Of a stretch of DNA of 64,000 bases, positions 1 through 12,872 are shown in pieces. The notes beneath the pieces were generated by a model. That model saw only the letters and a program-made list of their open reading frames with translations, searched no databases and was not told the origin of the DNA. Both the position numbers and the translations under genes were made by a program. The stretch covers positions 372,001-436,000 of the forward strand of contig JBLDXI010000058.1 of assembly GCA_047495785.1 (NCBI GenBank), in the 5' to 3' direction. How positions within the stretch are numbered: the first letter of the stretch is position 1; each line of letters begins with the position of its first letter. Source of the DNA: Lepidodermella squamata (Eukaryota; Animalia; Gastrotricha).

Positions 1-305
1 TGCTTGGGAAATATAAATTAAAAAATTAAATCAAGGAAATTAAAAAAAAAATAAAAATTTTATTAAAGAAATTGAAAAAAAATTAAAAAATACTACCAAG
101 TCCACCCAAAAATAGTTTCCTATCAAGAAAAAACTTACATCACTAAGTTCGATGGAAATCGTTGTAGGTATCGCAGGAGGCAAGCCGTCGACCGTGCAAT
201 TGGCAGTAGAATTCTGCCCAGGGTTAACGCTATTATACGACATGAGCGTCGTCATAGTTCGTTGCACATCTAAAAAAAAGAACGAGGTCGTAAAAAAAAT
301 CCACC

Positions 306-794
306 TCATTCTACAGAATATTTACTTTTCACCAGCATTGTAGCTTCGATTTTTCGACCCACAGGTATAAAATTCGCTGGACATGTCGCGATCGTTTTCA
401 GCCAGCAACGAGTCACGTTGTCAGCGGTTTGCATGCCACTGTCTAGCAGCAACGGCAAATCTCGCATTCGGACCGCAACCGATTTGCACGCGGGTGCGTT
501 TGAGCATCTTTTCAGGCAAGCCTCGAGATTCGCAACAGTCAGGCCGTCCTCGGAAACTACGCTCATAAAATTGCCGGGGCAGTTGCCGAGCTGGTTGATG
601 TAATAATAAGCATCTCCCTTAAAGAGCATCGGAACTTTCCGCTCATTCGGCGGAATCGGCGTCGTAGTCGGCCCGTTTTCGTCAGCTATGACTTCTGCAT
701 TTTCCGATTCGTAGTAGTCGATGGCATTACCTGCAAGAGCAACACCAGGCAGTAGCATACAAAAAACGAGGCGAAAAATCGTTGAAAAACGCAT
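306..794 (-). CDS. Secreted PAN/apple-domain protein
   Basis: Signal peptide (MRFSTIFRLVFCMLLPGVALA) and PAN-type Cys pattern CLKRCSNAPACKSV...CWLK. Confidence 0.65.
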   Translation of the reverse strand: MRFSTIFRLVFCMLLPGVALAGNAIDYYESENAEVIADENGPTTTPIPPNERKVPMLFKGDAYYYINQLGNCPGNFMSVVSEDGLTVANLEACLKRCSNAPACKSVAVRMRDLPLLLDSGMQTADNVTRCWLKTIATCPANFIPVGRKIEATMLVKSKYSVE

Positions 795-3700
795 CGTTCA
801 TTTAATCATAATTAAATGGTTTTCTTTTGGTAAAAAACCTCTGCCTATAATAACAAAGTGATCAAGGTTAGATAAACTCATCAGCATCGTCGCGTCCGAA
901 GCCTGAGGCGTGATATGAACTAGACGACGGGTGATTAAACAGTATAAAACCTAACCCACGACGTGACTCCATGGGTGCCACGGCGCTCTGACCTGTATTA
1001 TTAATATTGTTTTTAGAAATATCTATAAATAACAATAATAGGAACGCGAATATTAATGGCTGTAAAACACTTCCCAGTCTAGGTATCGCAGGACACAAAA
1101 TGATGGTTGGTCTCTGAACAAATGTGAGCCATTGTTGTCGCTCGCGCGCACAACATGCGCACCCTACACGCGACAACAATATTGCCAAAAATATAATGGC
1201 GCGTTTTTAGGCGAGGTGATTTTGCGCCTCTGTATATTACTTATTTAAATATCCCACGTTTTAGGCAACGCAGAGCGCGTAAAGGCTATATACCTGTAGG
1301 CCTATAAATATATCTGGAAACGTGTGTTAAATATATACGATGGAGAGGTGTAAAATAAAATATTACAGACCTTGATAATATATATGTGCGGATCGTTTAC
1401 TTCCGTAGAAGCGGCGTCTCCGAATAACCAACCGCTTGTCTCTACGACTACTACTGTGCGCGAAATACAGAACGACGTGTGCGCATTTAAATGACGCGCA
1501 CACCTTGTGCGCGCGTGTCAAAAATATGCAAATTAAGGTGGGCCGTCGCGCTCGCGCACCACATTTTCCTCAATGAACGAGGCTATAGGTGGCTCTAAGA
1601 GAAAGAATAATATGTTGTATAAAATAGTAGAATTATGATTCACGTCGATAAAATCGCCCGTCATTCAAATCGAGATGACGACCTGGGGTGATATTGTATA
1701 TTCGATATGCTAGCAATATGACAATGAAGCGAGTACACGTTAATGCCGCCGCCTTAACAGACTATATGCGGCTGTAAAAGTGCCCCGCGCAGACTCTATT
1801 AGGCCCCTTATTAGGCGACTTGAGGTCAGTATGCTAATTAATAAATCATGTCGCGAGTGGCTTGGAGGCTGTCGACAATAAGCTTTATTTACAAAATCAG
1901 CTCTGTCTGTGTAAGCCGGACAAGCTTCACGCTGAAAGAATATTCGCCTGGTCAAAAGTGAACAACGAATGGGTTTATTTTCGGGACAATTAAGAGAAGT
2001 TGTATATTTTTCACGAGGAACCATTTAAATTGAGTCGTTGTTTTTTGTTTACGCCAAAATTTCAGAAAAATACGTGCAAAGGTGAAAATGGCCTGGCTAG
2101 CTCCACTGGGACTATATTGCCAGACAAAAGTTCATCGCAAAGCTACATTGAAAAAGCTTTTTGAAATGAGGAAAAATGACGATGGCTACAGCTTTTTCAC
2201 CTTTTGGCCAAACAAATGAATGTGGCCCTAGAGAGGAAGTAATTTAACGATAATATGTATGATTGTTTATTGCTTTTAGTGGCTGGCTCGCGACAGACAC
2301 TGGCGATGATTTTTGTATTATTTATTTTATCGGAAACACGCGCGCCTAAAATACACACGCACACACACACATACACTTTGTTGTTCTTCGCGTTTTATTT
2401 TTGTTTCGCGCGTATTCGATTTTTGCGCCGCGCGCTCGCGCCGAAACTTGACACGTTTTTCATTTTGAAAAATTGAGCGATTGCGCGAAACAATAACATA
2501 ACGCAAAACGATTTTTGCAAAACTCAAACAATAGCTGTCAAAAATTTGCATTTTTCGAAACGATGCTACTTGAAAAACGATTTCTCGTTTCACAATATTT
2601 CTCAACAACAATGCAGAAACAGGTAGGTGAGTGTTTGCAGAAAATTACGTCGACTTGTCAAGAAGCGCCAAAAACAGTTTCCTCGAGTGTTGTTTTTGCA
2701 GCAATATTATGATAAGGATATTACTGCCGGGGTAGACGGGCTATTAAAAATTCAATAGGCCAACGCTATGCTTGTTGCAATTGTCGCACTAAAACAACAA
2801 CGAAACGTGGTTAACGAAAAATTGTTGCGAATAAATACAGGCGCGCGCTCTATTTTTGCGCGCTTTTCGCGCGCCAACTCTGCGATCTGCTGCGTTAAAA
2901 TATTGGTAGGTTTTTGTTTTATTTACCTACAACGTGTTATTATTATCCCTCTATTTATATGTCGGGTTATTTACCGAACTCAATAAAAATATAAACAGCT
3001 CTACTATATGAGGCGGGCAACTGTTTCCCAGCTGGTCTTGCTACTCTCAAGTACGTGACTAAAAATCGAGAAAAAATGTGTTTATTAATTCTGAAAAATA
3101 ATCAGAAGAATACAAGTTGATGTTTGCAGCAGAAAGGTGATCAACAAATTATTAATTTTTACGCAAGGGTATAAATAATTTTTCGAGTGCGCATTTCCAT
3201 ACTTCCAGTGCTGCATGTGATGTCAGCCGAGTTAGTGGCGCGAAGCACATCATGTTTTCCGGTAAACAAAAAAGCTCGCATATCGCACAGCTGTGCGACA
3301 AAAATCATCGAGCGAAGCTACAAAAAGTGCACTAGTCAAGCGTCAATACGCTTGTTGTAGGTAAGTCTATTATTTTCGGCCTAAACACACGATAAACATT
3401 ACACGAATTATGCTCATAATCGATTGCTGGATTTTGCGTTGCACTGAATTGCGGAGAAAAATTTGCAGAAAAATCCACCTTAAAAATATATGATTGCAAG
3501 CTTTAAAAGTCTTTAAAATCGCGTCGCGTTAAAACAGCAAGATTTTCTAAAATTGAAAAGATCTAATTAGAATTTGATAGCGAGAAAGGGACAGCCGCGT
3601 AATTGAATGAAACTTCAACTAGCTTATTTACGCCTCTCAGGTGAATTGATGAAAGAGCAAGAAATAGACAACATTTAGTCAAACTGCTGGGTGTTAAAAA

Positions 3701-5677
3701 GATTTTGGCGCGTCACTGGGTAATATTTTACGCATCACAAATTATTCTCATACACTTCTCGAGAAAATAACGGTAATTCATGGAATAATTAAACCTCTGT
3801 TAATTATAAGACAAAGAGCTTGTTGATAAATAAAGCGGAAGAACACCACTTGACAAAGGCTATAGTTATAAACTTTTGAAAGACGAAAAAACACCAAAGT
3901 TCAACTAGTTGAAGCTATAATACTCGAGTATTACGGTAGTAAAAAGCAATTTATCTTCACGTGTTCTTACACTTTTTTCTAACAAAGCTTATGACGTCGG
4001 GCTTCGTAATAGCCGTGCCGTGATTATTAATACGTTTTTGTGTAACCTAAGCTGTATATAAAGGCAAGAAAATAACGTGGATGCGTGGTGAGATCGTTTG
4101 AAAATAGTTGGTTGATTGATAAGATCATATTTTAAAGAATTGGGCAATATGTATCAGATAAAAAAATGCGAGTAAATAAAATTTGTGAAAAAAATTGTCT
4201 CAAAATTTGTCGAGCATTCACTACGGTGTTTGGGTCAACAGTGCCGACGCCAGCTTCACCTTTTTCCTGTGTTTTAATACCTGGCGTACTTCACGCCGTC
4301 GGTGTTGCGAACACGTTTATTTATTGGTGGTCAAAACGCGGCGGAGTAGTATTTTCATTACCGGCACATGCTTTAGTAGTACGCAAAGAGGAGGCTGCTT
4401 TTTATTACGAGCTATCATCATCAGTCGCATCATTAGACAGCCAGACTGCGGCCGACCAACTTGGCGGTGATAATAATTTTGTTTGCCGCCGTTGTTGTAG
4501 CGCCTGTGTACTTTTATTTGCCGACCAGGGCTTATACCGATGTATTACTGTTAATAAAGAAAATACGACTGTTGTGTTTTATTGTCACCGCTGTTGTATC
4601 ATGTGTATATGTATGTGTTTTTACCGAAATGTGCCACGCGCAAAAGTAGGTAATTTTTACGCCCAACAAGAACAACAGACACTTGTGGTTTCGGTGGCAC
4701 ACGCGCCGGCCATTCTCATTCTCCAACCGAGCCAATTATACTAGCCTGCCTGGGCAAAAACACACACCTCGCGAGCAAACAGCAGGCACGTGCGGCGTCA
4801 ACAAGGTGACACATAGAAAAATGAACCATCAGTATATAGCGCATCGTTTCCAGGGCTTTCCAATCAATTTTTTGCATCCCACACAACAGAGCAAAGAAAT
4901 GGCAATCGAGATCAATTAAGCAATTTCGTTGAAAAAATAATGATGATGATAATGAATAAAATCTATGGTCTCAAGAAACAAGGCTATGATGGCATTCGAG
5001 TGCCGCGCTTCTTTCACTGCACCGCATCTCATCGCAAATGCACTCGTTGATTTTTGAATTTTTATCAGCAATAAAAAATCTACGGACGTACCTACACGAG
5101 TAACTCATCGCAAATTTTCGCTGCGCGATGCTAATTCAATTGTCGAAAGTTATTGTCCGGCTGGTAGTAGAAGTGGGCGTACGTTTTTCGCTCAAACGAC
5201 TCCACCCGCGATTCAGAATTCTTTTTATAGCGCTGCCAATTTTTACCGTAAAATAGAGCCTGAAATTTGAACAATAGACTGCTTTGCGATTTTCTGGCCT
5301 TGAAAAAATATAGGTCGAAAATAGTTATGCTTAGATCTCTCAAATGTTCCGTTCGATTGCGCGGTTGCTGCCTCAAAAAACAAAGAATCTGATATTTAAA
5401 ATAGAAAAGGCAGTGCGATTTTGTTGTCAAGCCATTCTTGCTTCAAATCTTCCTTAAAAATCGGATTCTCGAACTTGAGGTCGAATGGTTATCTGTTTCT
5501 GTTCGTTTTTGGAGATTTTACTCTATAAAGTATTACATTGCTGTAGTTCCAGGAACCGAATCGCCAAGCTTTCTATCCCGACTTGTCGATCATTAATTTT
5601 CTAGTTGAATTTTTTTCTGTAGTGTCTGAATGTTTAACTTGTTCTGAACCTCATCAATCATCATTCAGCTGACAATC

Positions 5678-6253
5678 ATGCAGTCCTATCCATCAGCGAC
5701 CAAGCTGAACGATGACGTCAATGTGTTCACGCAAATCGAAATAACCATGCTGCGGAATTCATTCAACGGCTTGAAGCCCAGGCATGAAGAAGTCGCTCAG
5801 TTACTCCTTCAAAAGTAATTAGCATTTTTTTTATTGAATTTTCAATGTTAATTCATTTTTTCCAGAATTTCTAATGTGAAAGGCGCGTTGGATTCGTTCC
5901 GCCGAGCTACGAAAGGCGGCGAAGTCGCAAACAGCTGGACTACAACCCATTTAGGAATGATAGTAATGGGCGGGATTGAACGCTGTCTGCTCCGAATCGA
6001 TAATCCCAACAGTTTGAAAATGCTCATTGCCCGACTGACGAAGAGCCATACGGAGCGATTTCGAATCGACCCGATCATGATGGCGCGAGTGCTAGCCGCC
6101 TGCCAGCCGGCCATCCAGGCCGAAGTCAGTAAAAATTACGCTGTAAACAAGGCCAACTCAGACCCGGGGAGTCAGTTCGACCGCGCATCTGTCTGCGCTG
6201 CATGGTCAAAATTTTTCCGAGTCGTTTGTAATTTATTTATGACAACTAAATAA
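5678..6253 (+). CDS. Globin 1 (exons 5678-5814 and 5866-6253)
   Basis: GT-AG 51-nt phase-2 intron at the globin B12.2 position (VAQLLLQK); spliced frame joins ORF 5876; E helix LGMIVMGGI, F8 His (LTKSH), H helix AWSKFF. Confidence 0.8.
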
Positions 6254-6530
6254 TAAAATAATTTAATTGTGCGCAGTGATTATAAAAAAGCCCGACTTAA
6301 AAAATGCGCGAGTAAAAAATGCAACGCTCCAGGCATGCTTGAACTCAGTTCCGTATAATATTAAACTTCTTGCTTTGTTTGAGGAGACTGAACAGCTTAT
6401 TCTATTAGATGCTTTAACAGCGAAAGAGAGCAAACATGTGAATACGCACGCAAAAAGTGTTCAGTAGTGCTTTTTCAACAAGCATACCTGATATTGCAGC
6501 TCACCCATCATCATTTTTTTCACTTGAAAA

Positions 6531-7091
6531 ATGAAGTTTGAAAAGCTGCTCAGTGTGTCATGTAGAATTTGTCGACAAAAAGGCTTCCAGCACTTGACCG
6601 AGCTGAAAAGCGATGCCGACTGCTTGTATGCTCAAGTTTGCGGCTGCGTCGGCAAGGACGCTTACGTTCACTACGACTGCTTCAACAAGGTGATTCGGCG
6701 GCGAATCTCCTGCTTGGATACTTTCAACGACAACACGATTATTTGTTGCGATAAATGCCGGAAACCGTTTCAATGCAGATATTTGCACAATTGGCGGCTT
6801 CGGTTCTTGTACGATCCGTGCAGGTGGTTTTACATTTCACTCATCGTCGGCAATTTGCTCCTGATACCGACAGCGATTATCTGCTTCACTGAAACTGTTC
6901 AAAACATGATTTGCGGGGAGTTCAGAGATGATGCCAACATCAAGTCATGCTGGCCATTCCCGTTTGGTATCGGTTGCATTCTGGTTTTGGGATTCCTTTG
7001 GGTCATCTTCTCGATTCTAGTTTCTCGCCGGCCTGTTTTCGTATTCTTACAACCACCTGTTCAACGAGTCTCAACTGCTGATGTTAAATAA
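6531..7091 (+). CDS. RING-CH (MARCH-like) membrane E3 ubiquitin ligase, intronless
   Basis: C4HC3 pattern CRIC...CGC...VHYDC...CDKC followed by two hydrophobic TM segments. Confidence 0.8.
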   Translation: MKFEKLLSVSCRICRQKGFQHLTELKSDADCLYAQVCGCVGKDAYVHYDCFNKVIRRRISCLDTFNDNTIICCDKCRKPFQCRYLHNWRLRFLYDPCRWFYISLIVGNLLLIPTAIICFTETVQNMICGEFRDDANIKSCWPFPFGIGCILVLGFLWVIFSILVSRRPVFVFLQPPVQRVSTADVK

Positions 7092-8998
7092 ATTTCTCAC
7101 ATCAGACTTGATTTCCATGTCATTTAATGAATAAGATGTGCCGATAGCCGTTAAAAATTATTTGTTACGTTTGATTGGCGTGGAAAATGAGCCGTTAAAA
7201 ATATTTGAGTGACATTTTTCGATGTGGTTGGTTACACCTCGATGATTTCCTATAGACATCGAATTAAATTTGTCTTTTTCAATTAATGAATCAGTTTTCC
7301 GAATATTGCGTCCTAATCAAATAAATTCCTAGCTTTTTGCATGAATTTCTTCTTGTTTTGGACCATCAGCAAACACTTTTCTGCAGCGTAAAATAGGGGA
7401 AATTTATAAACCTCGGACTCCTGTAATTAAGCCACTCTTCGAGAGAAATTACACAGACACTAACGACTTAAATCAGACACCGTCGCATCGTCTTCAGGAA
7501 GTAATGAGAATCAATTTGAACAGCTAAACAGCCCGAGCTGTACAGAAATGTTATCATACTGCGTGGCATCGCCTACTCACCACTCATTTTTAGAAGACAA
7601 ATAGCGTTCTATTTCGCCATAGAGCGGCGACAGTCATCCGCTATTTAAGAAGAATGAAATTTTATCGCTCATCGCCACTCAATAGCGCGAAATTCATTAT
7701 TTGATATTTCGCAGTAAAATCGCACAATGCCCCGCTTTAACTTCGTTATATTGAAGCTCTTGCTCTTCGTCACAGCGCGTACTCTAGAGATCACAGATCA
7801 CGCGATAAACAGCCAGAGAGCTTGTGCCGTAAACAAAATCAAGATTTCTCATTTCAATTTTCATTTCAATTCTCAATTAATTTCAAAGAGAGTACAAAAA
7901 TCAGGTAAATCTTTTTTTATTATATGGATGATAGAGGTATTTACCTCTTTGGTTATCACCCCAACGTGACCGTAGTATGTAGTATGTATGCGATTGGGAA
8001 AATGCATATAATTAGCTTGTGGTTGGCGAATTTGTGCCTTAAGCAAACGTAGGCAGCGTAAAATTGCTCAGATTCGATCTTTTGATTGCTTTTTTCGGGC
8101 GCGGGGTTCCTTATAGACATATAACGCGGTGAATACAGAGCAGATTTTTTTAGCTAATAAATAAATGTTTACAAAATTTTGTTGTTTTGGAATAGTATAA
8201 AAATTGATCGGGGATCGGGCAAAAGCTAATGGAGCCACAGAAATAGTTAGGATCTATCTGTACATAAACAGCTGTTGATTTTATGGAGATATATTTCAAC
8301 AAATCACGGTCAGATTTTATAAGCCTTCAAATCTCCATCAGACCACTGACTATTTGAAAATAAGTCCCAAAATTGCTCGTCAAGTCTTTAATTATAAAAA
8401 ATTATAGCTGCATAGCCTCACCAACGCTCGATTAAGATCAATCCGCTTTGTATTTCAAAGGTTTCCGCCCTTAAGTGTAATTAATTTCGTGCTAAATAAG
8501 GGTGTGGCAATGCAATAATTTAAACCAGGCATCTGTACGTTTTTTGATAGTTCAGTACACCCTTGACAATAATTTCCTAACACCAGGTATCCTATATATA
8601 TGATCTAAGCCTGGCATTACAGTCCGATGGCTATCTAGTTCGTTTACATCGGAAAATTGCCCACTACATCGGAAAATATAGTTTTTTTACGCCCACAAAT
8701 TCGCAGGAAATTTGGAGGAAATTAGTTGATATTCACCAAGAAAATAAATCACATCATACTAAAAATATGCTGAGAGCATCGACTTTAATTAAAATGATGC
8801 TATTTTGTATGTTAAGACTTATTATTTTTATTGCCCACGTTGGCGGTCTCGAGAGCGCAATACAATAAAACTGCGCATAAATTATATGTCAAGCATGAGT
8901 TTGTCATAATGTTTTACTTTCGATGCCACAAATATCTGACCAGCAGCTTATACATTTTTATTTCAGATTTTTAGGTGATTTTTTTTCATACACAAAAA

Positions 8999-9277
8999 AT
9001 GAAATATATTGCTGCTCTATTGCTGTGCAATATCGCGCTGGCCGCTTTGTCGTCGGCCGCACTTGTTTACAAGCGCCATGGCAAGGACGATTCATCGGAC
9101 GCGTCTGATTCGTTCAGCAACTGCAATCACAGGTGTCACGTTGATGCGGATGGCGAGTGCGCGCTCAACGAATGCGCCCTGCGATTTATCGACCTGCGAA
9201 CCTGCGACGCTGATTGCGTCATGGACGAGGACAACTACTGCAATTTCGTGTGCCGACCGATGTACGGTCGAAAATGA
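8999..9277 (+). CDS. Small secreted Cys-rich peptide precursor (92 aa)
   Basis: ATG at 8999, signal peptide MKYIAALLLCNIALAALSSA, KR site, two 4-Cys repeats, C-terminal GRK. Confidence 0.7.
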   Translation: MKYIAALLLCNIALAALSSAALVYKRHGKDDSSDASDSFSNCNHRCHVDADGECALNECALRFIDLRTCDADCVMDEDNYCNFVCRPMYGRK

Positions 9278-9916
9278 TGACCGGCGTACATCTTACAAGT
9301 CGATTTGTTGTAAATCTCAGTTTTTTGTGATGATGGGTGCTAGAACATATCAGTTTCGACCTTTAGACCTACTATCCGATCCGATGGATATATATTAATG
9401 ATGTTTCGTGTTAATTTATAGATTTTCAATAAATCGCTGCTTTTGCGACTAGAATTTGTGTCGAGTGAAATTTTCGTTGTGATATACTTTAAAGTTGGAT
9501 TGTTCATATTGGATAAATCTATGTCCCCATACAGAAAAAATCCAGAGCAAAAGTACCGTGATTTCCAAGGCATTAAACAATTAAATTGAGCATAATATGC
9601 TATCACAAATAACACTACCTATAAAATATTCAGGAGGGTGTTTTCCGCGAAATCCGGATTGCTGGGGAGTAACGGCAGAATAATGCCTATATGCAGGATG
9701 CGGATATAGGATTTATGTCTCGATTAGCCCGGCTAATTATCGATATCAGCCGACGATTATTCATCAGTCGTGTTAGAAATTGCGCGACTTAGCACCTTCA
9801 AATCCCGAAGTCGTGATCAACTCGAGCACGAAAATCGCCGTCTGTGTTGATTTTTGAACATCATCATGGTTGCACGGCTTCTAGATTTATCCTTCAGTTG
9901 CAGCTGGCATTAAAAT

Positions 9917-10631
9917 ATGGGCAACGAAAAATCTACGCTGAAGCATAGTATTACTCAGCCCAGTTTCACATATAACCCGCGAAAGGTTCGGCTGCGGGCT
10001 TTCAGCACTGAATCTGCTTCTCAAAGCTCGACGGAACTTACTGGAGATGTTCAAATCGGGCCTAAAGAATATCCATTCAGTGCAGGAGAAATCTTGACTC
10101 TGAGAGCCACATTTGAGAGACTTACCAAAAAACGCGACTTGATTGCTATGGAAATTTTGGACAAGTACGTTAAAACTTTGATTGTTGGTTTTTCACTATT
10201 TTTACTCTGTAATTTATAGAATTTCGAAAAATTCACAAATATCGGAGAAGTATAGGAAAGCGAATTATCGATTGGGTTGTTCAAGCACGGTTTTGAACTT
10301 GGGTTCCATTCTGGTATCGGGAATCGAGCGTCTCATTCTTCGCCTGGCAAATCCAGCGAAGCTCGAAGCAACGATCGCCGAATTGCTGAAAAGCCATGAA
10401 CAGCTTAAAATATCGCCAAAGCTCATGGTTACCGCGTTGAAGGAGGCGAGACCTATTATTTTAACGAATATACTGCAGTGTCATAGTTGCCGCGGGACGG
10501 CTGCATTGGAGCATGATCAAGTGCCTCGAAGCGTCACAGGATGCCTTTTACCGATAGATTGCGGTACCTGTCAATGTTGGAGCAAGTTTTTCGACTACAT
10601 TTGCTATATAATTTCGAACATAATTTATTGA
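9917..10631 (+). CDS. Globin 2 with N-terminal extension (exons 9917-10164 and 10220-10631)
   Basis: 55-nt GT-AG phase-2 intron at the same position as globin 1; aligns with it (GIERLILRLANP...LLKSH...WSKFF); starts MGNEKS, a myristoylation-type motif. Confidence 0.8.
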
Positions 10632-10747
10632 GTAATAAATTACAAAGTACATCGCTTGGGGTTTTTTCTGTGGGGTTTTTCACGAATCTGGGAGTGTGCG
10701 TAAAATTTGGTCCCTTCAATTTTTTTCAGGTGGTAAGTTCCAAGTGT

Positions 10748-11304
10748 TCATGTGGTAAAAATAAAAATAGCATGATTTACAACAGTTTTCCAGATATGAC
10801 AAGTATGGCAAACTTCAGATTTCGCTCCGGAGCACTGATCGCCGAAATTTCTCGTCTCTGAGCTGCAGCTACTTGAAACCGGGCTGAGTTTTAGCTTCTG
10901 AAGAGACCATTCGGTTTTCAGGCTAGTTAGTTGTTTCGCATTGCACTCGTGATGAAGCTTGAAATACCGCATCAAAACAGGTCTAAAGGCCTTCAACGCC
11001 GGCGGGATGTTTTCTTTAGGGAGGCTTACGGATGCACGCCTTTTCCTCAAGTTTCGAATAGATCTCGCGAAAGAATCAGGATTTGTTGATAGTTGTAAGC
11101 AGGATTCGATGGCATCGAAAAGAAGAGATGTCAGGTGAAGAATATCCCAATCCTCCGTATCCTTCGCCCTACGTGAAGCTGCAGTTGCCTCGAGTCCTTT
11201 TTTCTGGTCGTACCTGGCTCAGCCGATTTGCAAAAAATTAAAATATTAAATATATTAAACCGAAACCTTTCAAGAAGATCTGTTGCGATTTTATCTCGAT
11301 CGGG
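10748..11304 (-). pseudogene. Globin 3, 5'-truncated by the Polinton (exon remnant 11304-11267, intron 11266-11214, exon 11213-10748)
   Basis: Manual translation PDRDKIATDLLER/YDQKK...HLTSLLFDAIESCLQLSTNP...CHTCHIWKTVV aligns with globins 1 and 2; 53-nt phase-2 GT-AG intron; F8 position is Arg. Confidence 0.75.
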
Positions 11305-11572
11305 AGTAGTAATATATTGCGGGACTATAGGTACACCTGAAAATTCTTCATAAAAATAAAAATTTCCTTCCCAATCATAGCCCATCTTGCAATTTTTCAC
11401 CGTAAAACCTATCTTCTGAGTATCGATTAAACAACGTCTGCAACGCATTTTTTCGCCGTTTAGACCATCCTAAAAGCCGAAAAATAATTTTTTTAAAATA
11501 AATTTTCATTTTTTCGAAAAATTGATTGTAGCTGATTGCCAAACCAGTTTTTACTCGTTTTAGAGCGGTGTG
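11305..11572 (+). repeat. Left terminal inverted repeat
   Basis: Reverse complement of 31326-31593, about 14 mismatches by manual alignment. Confidence 0.95.
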
Positions 11573-11756
11573 AATTATTCAAGTAAATCAATATCATGTG
11601 CCACAGTGAAATTTCTTCAAAATGAAACGATAGTATGAAATAATCTTATATTTACAGCAAGTATAGCACGTTCGTAATAATTTCCACATTCTGTCATTTA
11701 GAGAAAAAAAGATTCCGTCGTTTCATGAGTAACTGAAGAATTGAAGATGAAACTGA

Positions 11757-12323
11757 TCAAACCTCTGGATAGTCATCCGCCACTAGTTTGCTGAACAGTT
11801 TATCCAGCGCTAAAATCGTTTTTTCGCTCGGGCAGTGATCAGTTTTGTTTTCGAAAAATGTTTTTACAGTAGCCAATGAAGGGAAATCAGCGATTGGATA
11901 CTCTATAGTGCGATTCTTCACCCAGATTGCCTTTTGCTTCGCGCTGAAACTCGCATCGAAATATTCGCCAAAATTCTGAATCAAGTTTTGCTGTTCCTCC
12001 TTTCTATGCAGTCGTGCCGTAGTCGATAATACTGAACTTGCGTTGTCTGTAAGCAATAGTCGTTCCTTTTGCCTAGGAGCTTTTCTGGCATTGGTTGCGG
12101 GAGGTTGTGCTATAGCTGGTTGAATTTGCTGTGCGGGAGGTTGTGCTATAGCTGGTTGAATTTGCTGTGCGGGAGGTTGTGCTATACCTGGTTGATTTTG
12201 CTGGGCAGGAGGTTGTACTATAGCTGCTTGATTTTGCGGAGTGAGATGTTGTATGACATCGGTAGCAAGGTCAAGATTTTGTATGAGTGAGAGAATGGCA
12301 TTTAGAACAGAAGCTTTATCCAT
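11757..12323 (-). CDS. Polinton accessory protein with Q/P 12-aa repeats and possible C-terminal Cro/XRE-like HTH
   Basis: 36-bp repeats encoding AIAQPPAQQIQP; C-terminal SLATVKTFFENKTDHCPSEKTILAL resembles the XRE recognition-helix pattern. Confidence 0.55.
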   Translation of the reverse strand: MDKASVLNAILSLIQNLDLATDVIQHLTPQNQAAIVQPPAQQNQPGIAQPPAQQIQPAIAQPPAQQIQPAIAQPPATNARKAPRQKERLLLTDNASSVLSTTARLHRKEEQQNLIQNFGEYFDASFSAKQKAIWVKNRTIEYPIADFPSLATVKTFFENKTDHCPSEKTILALDKLFSKLVADDYPEV

Positions 12324-12872
12324 GACAGTTATGGCTAATCGATGATCTACGAACGCAACAACTAAAAATAAATAACTTGATGTAAGGTAAAATATATACC
12401 AGATAATTATAAGATAGCTGAAGGTAACGGCGACTGAAAAGAGTTATTTCAAAATGATATAATTTTAAGAACAATGACGAATCGGGTGCACGCTAGTGAA
12501 TATAATGTTTTAAGCAGCTCAAACTTTTTTCCATTATAAACCTGCTGTTGTCAACACTCCGGTGAAAAAATATAATTGTTTATCTCATTTATTCAAAGCT
12601 TATTAAGATAAAGGCTAATAACGGAGACAAACTATTTTTCTTCTCGAAAATAATTAAAAATCCTTTCAATGCCGTCAGTGTTATCTCATCAGCGGCCTCT
12701 CACCGATGATACTAATGCATCAGTGAGCGCGAACACCCGACTATTAACATAAAGTACAAATCCTACAGGACTGACGTGATGAAAACGCGGCATGCACAGT
12801 TGATGCATTTTCGTTTTTATATAAAAATCCTGTAGTTTCTCAGAAGTTTTCCATTTTTCGACCGACGGTGAA

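Noticed and set aside
868-5430. ORFs at 868-1188, 1740-2024, 4166-4744 and 5131-5430
   Set aside because: No recognisable motifs, several with non-ATG starts, low-complexity composition; probably intergenic
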